Below are positions 35,909-42,706 of a stretch of DNA of 42,706 nucleotides, one piece after another. Both the position numbers and the translations under genes were made by a program. The notes under the pieces are model-generated. The model saw only the letters and a program-made list of their open reading frames with translations, searched no databases and was not told the DNA's origin. The stretch is from Caldilineales bacterium (lineage in GTDB: Bacteria > Chloroflexota > Anaerolineae > Caldilineales > Caldilineaceae), in assembly GCA_038247295.1 (NCBI GenBank), contig JBBRVA010000001.1:1-42706 (forward strand). The letters run 5' to 3'. Every line of letters begins with the position of its first letter. Positions within the stretch are counted from its first letter, which is position 1.

Positions 35909-36046
35909 GGTAGATAGGTAAATAGGGAGATAGGTAAACAGGGAGATAGGGAGACCGCGCAGAACTGACTTGTGTACCTTGGGTCGGCCACCCTTGACGG
36001 TGTTACCGGGAAGAGTACCTGTCTACTTGTGTACCTGTCTATCGAC
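35909..36046. repeat. Octad array plus partially complementary direct repeats
   Basis: GGTAGAT then AGGTAAAT AGGGAGAT AGGTAAAC AGGGAGAT AGGGAGAC (35916-35955). Downstream, ACTTGTGTACCT occurs at 35969-35980 and 36025-36036, and GTACCTGTCTA occurs twice (36015-36025 and 36031-36041). The latter is partly complementary to the left array. Confidence 0.7.
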
Positions 36047-36051
36047 ACCAT

Positions 36052-37200
36052 TTAACCCCGCGCCGCTTCGTAGACGGCAATCGTTGCCTGTGCCGTATTG
36101 CGCCAAGTGAATTGCCTGGCCTGCACCAATCCTTTGGCGCGCAGATCCGCACGCAACGCCGGTTGGCCGGTTAGTCGGGCTAATCCGGCAGCCAGTTCCT
36201 CTTCGCTGTGCGAGGGAAAGGTCAGCGTGCTTGTCCCGACAATTTCCAAAAGGCTGCTCGCCTGGCTGCATAACACCGGCGTGCCACAAGCCATCGCCTC
36301 TAGCACGGGCAAGCCAAAGCCTTCGAAGCGACTGGGATACACAAAACCTTCGGCGGCTTGATACCAATGCGGCAATTCATTCTCAGCAATAAAACCAGGA
36401 AAGAGCACGCTTTGTTCCAGATCCAACGCATTTACCAGCTGGAAAATTTCCGTATAGAACCAACCTTTGCCCCCCGCCAGCACTAGCTTGATTTGGCGTT
36501 CATCCGCACGCGCTTGATTGCGCCAACGGGCAAAGGCTTTGAGCAACAATTCCAGGTTTTTGCGCGGCTCAAGTGTGCCCAAATAGAGCAAAAAACGCGC
36601 TGGTAGATTTTTGGTCTGGCGAAATGCAGCTGTTGTAATCGGATCACCCGGTACAAAACTGGCGGCAACGCCGTTATGGACCACGCTGATTTTGGCGGCC
36701 GGGATGTCAAAATAGTGCATCACATCATCGGCGGTCTGGCGGCTGACGGCAATCACATGCGCGGCGCGCTGCACACTGGCTTGGCATAAACGCGTCAGAT
36801 AGGTGCGGCGGGCAACGGTTAAGCTTTCGGGCATGCGCATAAAGCTTAGATCATGTACCGTGACGACGCCAGGCACGCGGGTTGTCAGTGGCAGCACATT
36901 CACCAACCCATGTACCAGATCGGCGCGCAGTTGTTGTAATTGCAACGGCAATCGGCTCTGCTCCCAAATGATCCGGGCTAATGGTCGCTGCAAGGGCCAG
37001 CGCGTTCGCTGAATGTGGATGCCGGCAGTTTCCGCGTGGCTCGTATTGACAAAGGCAGTAAAGCGATGGCCCGTACTGCCATCTTCCACAAGCTCACCTA
37101 AGCTAGCCAGCAGGTGACGACTATAATTGCTAACGCCGGCTCCCCGGTAACTCTGCTGATCACTTAGCAATTGGGCGTTGATGGCGATGTGCATAATCAT
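36052..37200 (-). CDS. GT4-family glycosyltransferase
   Basis: GT-B fold with the EGFGLPVLEAMACGTPV (E-x7-E) motif. Confidence 0.85.
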   Translation of the reverse strand: MIMHIAINAQLLSDQQSYRGAGVSNYSRHLLASLGELVEDGSTGHRFTAFVNTSHAETAGIHIQRTRWPLQRPLARIIWEQSRLPLQLQQLRADLVHGLVNVLPLTTRVPGVVTVHDLSFMRMPESLTVARRTYLTRLCQASVQRAAHVIAVSRQTADDVMHYFDIPAAKISVVHNGVAASFVPGDPITTAAFRQTKNLPARFLLYLGTLEPRKNLELLLKAFARWRNQARADERQIKLVLAGGKGWFYTEIFQLVNALDLEQSVLFPGFIAENELPHWYQAAEGFVYPSRFEGFGLPVLEAMACGTPVLCSQASSLLEIVGTSTLTFPSHSEEELAAGLARLTGQPALRADLRAKGLVQARQFTWRNTAQATIAVYEAARG

Positions 37201-37258
37201 TGTGAATGGCGAATTATTAATTTGTGACCACCGATCTTGTTGACGGAAAATTAACTAT

Positions 37259-37375
37259 TAATTAATAACTCATGTTACGCACCTGGGAGCGCCGCCATCT
37301 CTGGCGGCTGCCGGCAGGATGCCGGCGTTCCCAGGAGAGACTGAGGAGAGACTGCGTAACATGAGTTATTAATTA
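37259..37375. repeat. 22-bp perfect AT-rich inverted repeat enclosing a GC-rich Y-shaped structure
   Basis: TAATTAATAACTCATGTTACGC (37259-37280) pairs with GCGTAACATGAGTTATTAATTA (37354-37375). Inside, CCTGGGA pairs with TCCCAGG, and there are two small hairpins: GCCGCCA-TCTC-TGGCGGC and GCCGGCA-GGA-TGCCGGC. These are followed by a direct repeat GAGAGACTG x2. Confidence 0.85.
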
Positions 37376-37418
37376 TTCACAATTCATTATTCCTCCGATT
37401 TCTTTGCCATTATTTTTC

Positions 37419-37497
37419 GCTCATCAGCCGAAAGTGTGCAAACACAAGATTTTGCCCAACAGCAAAACATCGGTTTGCACACTTTTCACAGATGAGC
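37419..37497. other. Long interrupted hairpin overlapping the last 4 codons of the GT4 gene
   Basis: Outer stem GCTCATC (37419-37425) with GATGAGC (37491-37497). Inner stem AAGTGTGCAAAC (37432-37443) with GTTTGCACACTT (37473-37484). Apical stem TTTTGC with GCAAAA. No U tract follows on the minus strand. Confidence 0.6.
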
Positions 37498-38595
37498 CAA
37501 TTTTTCATAGACTGCCACCGTCTGCTGGGCCACGCTCACCATCGTGTAGCAATCAAGCGCGCGTTGGCGCCCTAACTGGCCCAAGCGGATGCGCTCGGCG
37601 GGCTGATCAAGCAATTGTTGCAAATGGTGGCCGAGCGCCGTCGCATCGCCCTCCGCAAAGATTCGTCCCGCCGCACCGATCACATGCGGGATCTCGCCGC
37701 TGTCGCTGCCGACCACCGCAACGCCACAGGCCATGGCCTCGGCGAGCACACGGCCAAATTGTTCCTTCCAGTTTGCCCGTGTGCGGCTGGGTAAGACGAG
37801 TACATCTAATGCACGATAATATTCTGGCATGGCTTCACTGTTGAGGCGAGGACCAAAAGTAACTTTTTCGGCAATTTGAAGCCGGTTGGCCAACTGTTGC
37901 AGCGCAGCCCGTTCACTGCCTTCGCCAACAATGTGCAAATGCCATGCACCGTGCAGACCAGCGCACGCCTGCAAGAGCAGATCGATACCTTTTTCTAGGA
38001 GCAGGCCACCGGCATAGCCAATCTGCAAGGGAGTGGCCGCGTTAACTTGGTTCTGCACACTTGGGGGGTGAAAAAATTCTGGATCGACGCCAAATTGCGG
38101 GATCACGGCGATGTCGCCCGCATAGCCTTTGCGCCGTAAAACAGTCGCCGCATCTTGATTACCGGCCAGGGCAACCAACGCTTGCCGATAGTTGGCCTGC
38201 TCCAGCCAGCGAAAAGGCGGCGGATAGCGCCGGTACAAGTTTTGCCAGGTGAAAAAGAGGCTCCTTGCCCCCACCCGCTGTGCGGCGCGTAGCCCGAGCC
38301 AGGTTGCCAGATTATACGGTTCTTCGTCCATGTGCACAATATCGGGAGAAAGAGTAGCCAGGGTGCGGCTGAGTGTCGGATAGAAGTGCAGGTGATAATT
38401 GCCATTGAAACGGATGGGAATCACGCGCAATTCGTAGCCCTGGGTGTGGCATCGTTCCGTGACCTGATTGCCGCGCCGATCCTGCCAGGCCGGCGGCGCC
38501 AACACCGTCAACTCGACCCCTAAGCGGGCGATTGCTTCGGCTTTACGCTGATAGGCGCCCACCACTAACGCTTTACTGACCATGACAACTCGCAT
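37486..38595 (-). CDS. GT4-family glycosyltransferase
   Basis: Start at the ATG at 38595 (MRVVMVSKALVVGAYQRK). C-terminal EQFGRVLAEAMACGVAVVGS motif. Confidence 0.85.
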   Translation of the reverse strand: MRVVMVSKALVVGAYQRKAEAIARLGVELTVLAPPAWQDRRGNQVTERCHTQGYELRVIPIRFNGNYHLHFYPTLSRTLATLSPDIVHMDEEPYNLATWLGLRAAQRVGARSLFFTWQNLYRRYPPPFRWLEQANYRQALVALAGNQDAATVLRRKGYAGDIAVIPQFGVDPEFFHPPSVQNQVNAATPLQIGYAGGLLLEKGIDLLLQACAGLHGAWHLHIVGEGSERAALQQLANRLQIAEKVTFGPRLNSEAMPEYYRALDVLVLPSRTRANWKEQFGRVLAEAMACGVAVVGSDSGEIPHVIGAAGRIFAEGDATALGHHLQQLLDQPAERIRLGQLGRQRALDCYTMVSVAQQTVAVYEKLAHL

Positions 38596-38703
38596 GCGGG
38601 CTATTATACTTGGGGCATGGCCTTTTTCCAAGTACAATAGGGGTAACAAAATTACCGACTAACGAGAAAAGACCAACTAACGAACGGCCAGGTCGAGGCA
38701 ATT

Positions 38704-39345
38704 ATGAGCACACAACTTGACAATTTACCCGAAGCGTCGCATGCACCCTTGCAAGCGGCCGATATGCCGGCGAATCCGTTTGATCTATTTACCATCTGGT
38801 TTTCCGAGGTGCTGGCTGCGGACATCCATGAACCAGCCGCCATGACCCTGGCAACTGCCACGCCGCAAGGTCGCCCGTCGGCACGCGTGGTGCTGATGCG
38901 CGGGTTTGATCAACAAGGCTTCTGTTTCTACACTAACTATCAAAGCCGCAAAGGGCAAGAGCTAGCCGCAAATCCGTGGGCGGCGCTGGATTTTTGGTGG
39001 GGCAAACTGGGGCGTCAGGTGCGCATTGAGGGCCGTGTTGCCAAGTTGACGGCAGCGGAATCGGACGCTTACTTTAACAGCCGACCACTGGGCAGTCGTC
39101 TGAGCGCGCTTGTCTCGGCGCAAAGCCAGGTGATCGCCAGCCGCGAGGTGCTGGAGGAAGCGTTGCACGCCTTGGCGGCCCAAAGCGCAGATGGCTCCCC
39201 GTCGCGTCCTGCCCACTGGGGTGGCTACCGTGTGGCACCTGTGACGATTGAGTTTTGGCAACATGGCCCCCATCGGCTGCACGACCGGCTACGCTATACG
39301 CGCCAGGCTGACAGTAATTGGGTGATGGCGCGGTTAGCGCCGTAA
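38704..39345 (+). CDS. pdxH: Pyridoxamine 5'-phosphate oxidase
   Basis: [52 protein letters not shown] and [17 protein letters not shown] motifs. Confidence 0.95.
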   Translation: MSTQLDNLPEASHAPLQAADMPANPFDLFTIWFSEVLAADIHEPAAMTLATATPQGRPSARVVLMRGFDQQGFCFYTNYQSRKGQELAANPWAALDFWWGKLGRQVRIEGRVAKLTAAESDAYFNSRPLGSRLSALVSAQSQVIASREVLEEALHALAAQSADGSPSRPAHWGGYRVAPVTIEFWQHGPHRLHDRLRYTRQADSNWVMARLAP

Positions 39346-39361
39346 AGCGAATGCGTATCTC

Positions 39362-39898
39362 ATGAGCATAATTAAATATAGAGCAATCAGTAATGACCAG
39401 CTGGCAAACGAATTACAGGCTCAGGGCATTCACTTTCTTGGTGTGGCCCAGCCGAGCAACTGCGTTCCTCTGCTTGCACCAACCGATCTCATTGTCGGCC
39501 TGGCGCAGAGCAGTGAAGCGCGTCTACGTCTGGCGCTGATCCCACTCTTTTTGCGCCGTCCAGATTTTGCCCAATTTGTGGTCGCTAGCCGTCAATCAAT
39601 GGAACCACCATCATCGATCACATTGAACTGTTATTACAGTGCCGCTGTAGTGTTGCAACAGAAGTATAAGGATGATTTCGCGCGTTTTGGCTATTTGCCA
39701 GATTTGTTTACCAAGGAACTAAACATTCCTCAAGCGGGTTCACCGGCGCTGCGTCTAAGCCAATTAGCCCAACGGCACGCCGAACTGAGTGGGGATGCGA
39801 TTAACTGGCTAGGCACCTATGAGCACGCTGCACAACGCCTACGCAAGTATTTACAACAAGAGATGAATAATCAAAGGGTGCTTCAGAAGATCGTATGA
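39362..39898 (+). CDS. Hypothetical helical protein, translationally coupled to the downstream nucleotidyltransferase-fold gene
   Basis: 178 aa with no family recognised. Its stop overlaps the next start (ATGA at 39895-39898). Confidence 0.6.
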   Translation: MSIIKYRAISNDQLANELQAQGIHFLGVAQPSNCVPLLAPTDLIVGLAQSSEARLRLALIPLFLRRPDFAQFVVASRQSMEPPSSITLNCYYSAAVVLQQKYKDDFARFGYLPDLFTKELNIPQAGSPALRLSQLAQRHAELSGDAINWLGTYEHAAQRLRKYLQQEMNNQRVLQKIV

Positions 39899-40428
39899 TC
39901 AACTTAAACGCTGATGTCGTGCGCGATTTTCTCGTTCGTCTTGGCCAGCGTTATGACGAACCCGCCAATTTGTATCTGGTTGGCGGTGCCGCGCTCTGTT
40001 TGCTGGGCAGTCTGCGTCCAACCCTTGATCTAGATTATGTAGGCAGTGACATTCGAAAAGATGCGCTGCAACAGGCCATTGACGCGTTGGCAACCGAAAT
40101 GCAGCTAGATGTGGAAGCGGTGCCACTAGAGCAGATGATTCCGTTGCCGGTTGGCGCAGAGCAACGCAGTCAGTTGATTGGTCAGTTTGGCAATATCACC
40201 GCCAGCATCTTCGACCCATACAGTATTGCCTTTAGCAAGTTGGCGCGCGGCTTTGATACCGATATCGACGATGTGGTTTTTCTCCTGCATCACGGCTTGC
40301 TCACCTTGCCCCAATTAGAAAGTGTCGTCAATCATGGCATGCGCGACGGACAAAAGTTCGATATTATGCCCAGCGAACTGCGCAATAACTGGCGGGCATT
40401 GCAGCAGCGGTTGTCGCGTGCGCAATAA
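39895..40428 (+). CDS. Minimal nucleotidyltransferase-fold protein (AbiEii/DUF6036-like motif)
   Basis: [25 protein letters not shown] matches the GG..x..G..R.T.DxD NTase signature. A later acidic cluster is [12 protein letters not shown]. Confidence 0.6.
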   Translation: MINLNADVVRDFLVRLGQRYDEPANLYLVGGAALCLLGSLRPTLDLDYVGSDIRKDALQQAIDALATEMQLDVEAVPLEQMIPLPVGAEQRSQLIGQFGNITASIFDPYSIAFSKLARGFDTDIDDVVFLLHHGLLTLPQLESVVNHGMRDGQKFDIMPSELRNNWRALQQRLSRAQ

Positions 40429-40451
40429 GCGCTCTACTTTTATCATCGATC

Positions 40452-42706
40452 ATGGCTCTTTCCGAAGTTCTCGCCGATCTCCGTTCTGACGCTCAGTTTA
40501 TGAGCAATGTGGTCGCTTGGCGCACCATGCCGGCGCGGCCGGCGCGCTATATGCCAATTCCAACGGCGCTGCATCCGGCATTGCACACGGTCTTGGCGCA
40601 ACGTGATATCTATCAGCTCTATAGCCACCAGGTCGAGGCGGTAGAGCTAGCCTTACAAGGCCAGCACGTTGTGATCGTAACGCCAACAGCGAGCGGCAAA
40701 ACCCTCTGTTACAACTTACCGGTTTTGCACCATCTGCTTACCGATCCGTCTGCGCGCGCCCTCTATCTTTTTCCCACCAAAGCGTTGGCGCACGACCAGT
40801 TGGATGAGATTGGAGATTGGGGATTGGAGATTGAGCATCTTATCCCCAATCTCCAATCCCCAATCTCCACTATTTATCCCGCCACCTACGACGGTGACAC
40901 GCCAGCCGGCGAACGCACCCGTATCCGCAAAGAAGCGCGCCTGATTTTGAGCAACCCCGATATGTTGCACGCCGGGATTTTGCCCTATCACACCACCTGG
41001 GCCGAGTTCTTCGCCGGTCTGCAATTTGTAATCATCGACGAGATGCACACCTATCGCGGCGTCTTTGGCAGCCATGTTGCCAATGTATTGCGTCGCTTGC
41101 AGCGCATCTGTGCCTTTTACGGCAGCCGGCCCCAGTTTATCTGTACCAGCGCTACAATTGCCAATCCCGGTCCGTTGGCGGAGCGGCTTGTGGAGCAACC
41201 GGTTACTGTTGTCACTGAAAACGGTGCGCCCAGCGGCGAAAAACAGATCATTCTTTACAATCCCCCGCTTTTCGATCCCGAACGCGGTCTGCGCCGCAGC
41301 GCCACGTTGGAAGCCCAAGCATTGGCCGCCCGCTGCATTTTGGGCGATGTGCAGACAATTGTGTTTGGGCGCTCTAGATTGACGACGGAGGTATTGCTGA
41401 CCTATCTGCGCGAGCGGGTTGGAGCGGATGCGCGGGAGAAGATTGAGAGATTAGGAGATTGGGAGATTGGGCGTGCATCCCCGCTGAATCCACAACTGGC
41501 GATTCGTGGCTATCGGGGGGGCTATTTGCCGACCGAGCGGCGCGCGATCGAGGCTGGTTTGCGCAGCGGTACGGTGCGCGGGGTGGTGGCGACCAATGCG
41601 CTGGAACTGGGCATCGATATTGGCCAATTGCAAGCAGCCATCCTTTGCGGCTATCCCGGCAGCATCGCCAGCACCTGGCAACAGATCGGCCGCGCCGGCC
41701 GCACCCGCGAGGCTGCATTGGCCTTGTTGGTTGCCACCGGTGGCGCCCTTGACCAGTATATTATCCGACATCCTGAATTTATCTTTGAGCGTTCGCCCGA
41801 ACATGCGCTGATTAACCCCGACAACCTGATGTTGTTGGTTGACCAGGTGCGTTGCGCGGCTTTCGAATTGCCTTTTCAGGCCGACGAACCGTTTGGCGCT
41901 TCACTATTTACGGGTGATGTTTTGCATCTCTTGGCCGAGCAGGGTGATTTGCAACAGCATGGTGCGCGCTTTTTCTGGAGTGGCGATGGCTATCCGGCGC
42001 GCCAGGTCAGCTTACGTAGCGCCGGTAGTGATACGGTGGCGATTCAGGTAGGGGAGACAGGGCGACAAGGGTCAGCACGGATTATTGGCGAGATTGACCA
42101 TGCGAGCGCGCCTTTGTTGGTGCATGATGGGGCGATCTATCTGCATGAGGGCCAGAGTTATCGAGTCGATAGTTTGGACATGGCGAACAGTTTGGCCCAG
42201 GTGACGCCCGTGGAGGTCGATTATTATACGCAAGTGGCCGCCGAAACAACGATTGAGGTGTTAGCCGAGCATGAACAGCGCGCTACCCCAGGCGCTTTGG
42301 TGGCACATGGGGACTTGCAGGTCAGTGCGCAGGTAATCGGCTTCCGACGGATTAAGCGCTACACGCATGAAAATTTAGGCGTCTTCCCCTTAGATTATCC
42401 ACCGCAGGTGATCGAAACTAGCGGCTACTGGTTCAGCATTTTGCCCACGGTGCAGCGACAGCTGGAAGCGACCGGACAATGGTACGATTCGATCAACGAT
42501 TATGGACCAAACTGGCAAGCGCAGCGCACGCTAGTGCGGGCGCGCGATCATTACCGCTGTGCCCGTTGCGGCGCGGTAGAAGCGCCAGGCCGCCAACACG
42601 ATGTCCATCACTTGATCCCATTTCGCACCTTTGGCTACGTCCCTGGTCTAAATGAGCACTACAAACTGGCCAACCAATTGAGTAATCTAATCCTCGTCTG
42701 CCGCAC
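40452..42706 (+). CDS. DEAD/DEAH-box helicase with a C-terminal DUF1998 zinc module (MrfA/YprA-like); 3' end beyond the window
   Basis: Not in the ORF track (no stop in the window). Manual translation from the ATG at 40452 is open to the end. Motifs: TPTASGKT (motif I), [14 protein letters not shown] (motif II), [17 protein letters not shown] and QQIGRAGR. The DUF1998 part contains HYRCARCG...HHLIPF. Confidence 0.9.
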   Translation, partial: MALSEVLADLRSDAQFMSNVVAWRTMPARPARYMPIPTALHPALHTVLAQRDIYQLYSHQVEAVELALQGQHVVIVTPTASGKTLCYNLPVLHHLLTDPSARALYLFPTKALAHDQLDEIGDWGLEIEHLIPNLQSPISTIYPATYDGDTPAGERTRIRKEARLILSNPDMLHAGILPYHTTWAEFFAGLQFVIIDEMHTYRGVFGSHVANVLRRLQRICAFYGSRPQFICTSATIANPGPLAERLVEQPVTVVTENGAPSGEKQIILYNPPLFDPERGLRRSATLEAQALAARCILGDVQTIVFGRSRLTTEVLLTYLRERVGADAREKIERLGDWEIGRASPLNPQLAIRGYRGGYLPTERRAIEAGLRSGTVRGVVATNALELGIDIGQLQAAILCGYPGSIASTWQQIGRAGRTREAALALLVATGGALDQYIIRHPEFIFERSPEHALINPDNLMLLVDQVRCAAFELPFQADEPFGASLFTGDVLHLLAEQGDLQQHGARFFWSGDGYPARQVSLRSAGSDTVAIQVGETGRQGSARIIGEIDHASAPLLVHDGAIYLHEGQSYRVDSLDMANSLAQVTPVEVDYYTQVAAETTIEVLAEHEQRATPGALVAHGDLQVSAQVIGFRRIKRYTHENLGVFPLDYPPQVIETSGYWFSILPTVQRQLEATGQWYDSINDYGPNWQAQRTLVRARDHYRCARCGAVEAPGRQHDVHHLIPFRTFGYVPGLNEHYKLANQLSNLILVCR
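40808..40868. repeat. Heptad-periodic palindrome (class C, GATTGGR) inside the helicase reading frame
   Basis: GATTGGA GATTGGG GATTGGA GATTGAG CATCTTA TCCCCAA TCTCCAA TCCCCAA TCTCC. Contains a 22-bp perfect inverted repeat. Translated as [22 protein letters not shown]. Confidence 0.9.
41441..41472. repeat. Octad array (GATTGAGA GATTAGGA GATTGGGA GATTGGGC) inside the helicase reading frame
   Basis: Four phased 8-nt units translated as [12 protein letters not shown]. The complementary arm downstream is only vestigial. Confidence 0.8.

Noticed and set aside
40716-41318. 200-aa minus-strand ORF and other ORFs listed between 40443 and 42051
   Set aside because: All lie inside or antisense to the uninterrupted plus-strand helicase frame starting at 40452. 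That frame is missing from the track only because it has no stop in the window.
40452-42706. DUF1998 helicase as part of a DISARM-like defence system
   Set aside because: Helicase and DUF1998 are fused in one polypeptide with MrfA/YprA-type motifs. No PLD nuclease or methyltransferase lies upstream. Downstream genes are outside the window, so this cannot be fully excluded.
1-42706. tRNA, rRNA, tmRNA, transposase, integrase and prophage genes
   Set aside because: I scanned for T-loop GGTTCGAATCC-type motifs and for recombinase-like ORFs on both strands. None were seen.

Overview
This is a 42.7-kb chromosomal segment with about 47 protein-coding genes. I saw no rRNA, tRNA, CRISPR array, transposase, integrase or phage genes.

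**Gene content**
- Fatty-acid synthesis: fabH and fabF.
- Envelope: LiaF-like membrane proteins, a secreted SH3 plus double-PA14 protein, and a membrane-anchored lytic transglycosylase.
- Central metabolism: pyruvate kinase with a PEP-utilizer C-terminal domain, and pdxH.
- DNA metabolism: Cys-free TopA with a Lys-rich tail, an HNH endonuclease, a UvrD-like helicase, and a DEAD/DUF1998 MrfA-like helicase.
- Others: two DinB-family proteins, a VapBC toxin-antitoxin pair, and a CoxM/CoxS/MoaD-like trio.
- Lipid and glycan genes: a PhaR-like/patatin pair and a glycolipid/exopolysaccharide cluster (GT28 MGDG-synthase-like, a polyprenyl-phosphate sugar transferase and two GT4 enzymes).

Gene content and codon style suggest a Chloroflexota-like filamentous bacterium. 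This is inference only and cannot be verified from the window.

**Non-coding layer**
The most unusual signal is not a gene cluster. Most of the longer intergenic gaps carry a low-complexity hairpin. Most of these are built from phased 7-nt units, and two arrays use 8-nt units. I see several sequence classes:
- GTAAnnn
- CGTCGTT/AACGACG
- GATTGGR
- TAGGGAT/TAGATAT
- AGGKARAY

Two GATTGGR arrays are translated in-frame inside the MrfA-like helicase gene.

**Other notable items**
- A 100-bp MITE-like palindrome with a 9-bp direct duplication.
- An in-frame triplication of the last 10 codons plus stop of a membrane-protein gene.
- A Y-shaped GC-rich structure clamped by a 22-bp perfect AT-rich inverted repeat.
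- A 735-bp gene-free region with a candidate sRNA and a 37-aa hydrophobic ORF that has an antisense promoter (type I TA-like).
- A translationally coupled pair of an unknown protein and a minimal nucleotidyltransferase (AbiE/MNT-like).

All functional calls come from motif recognition by eye in the translated ORFs. No database search was possible.
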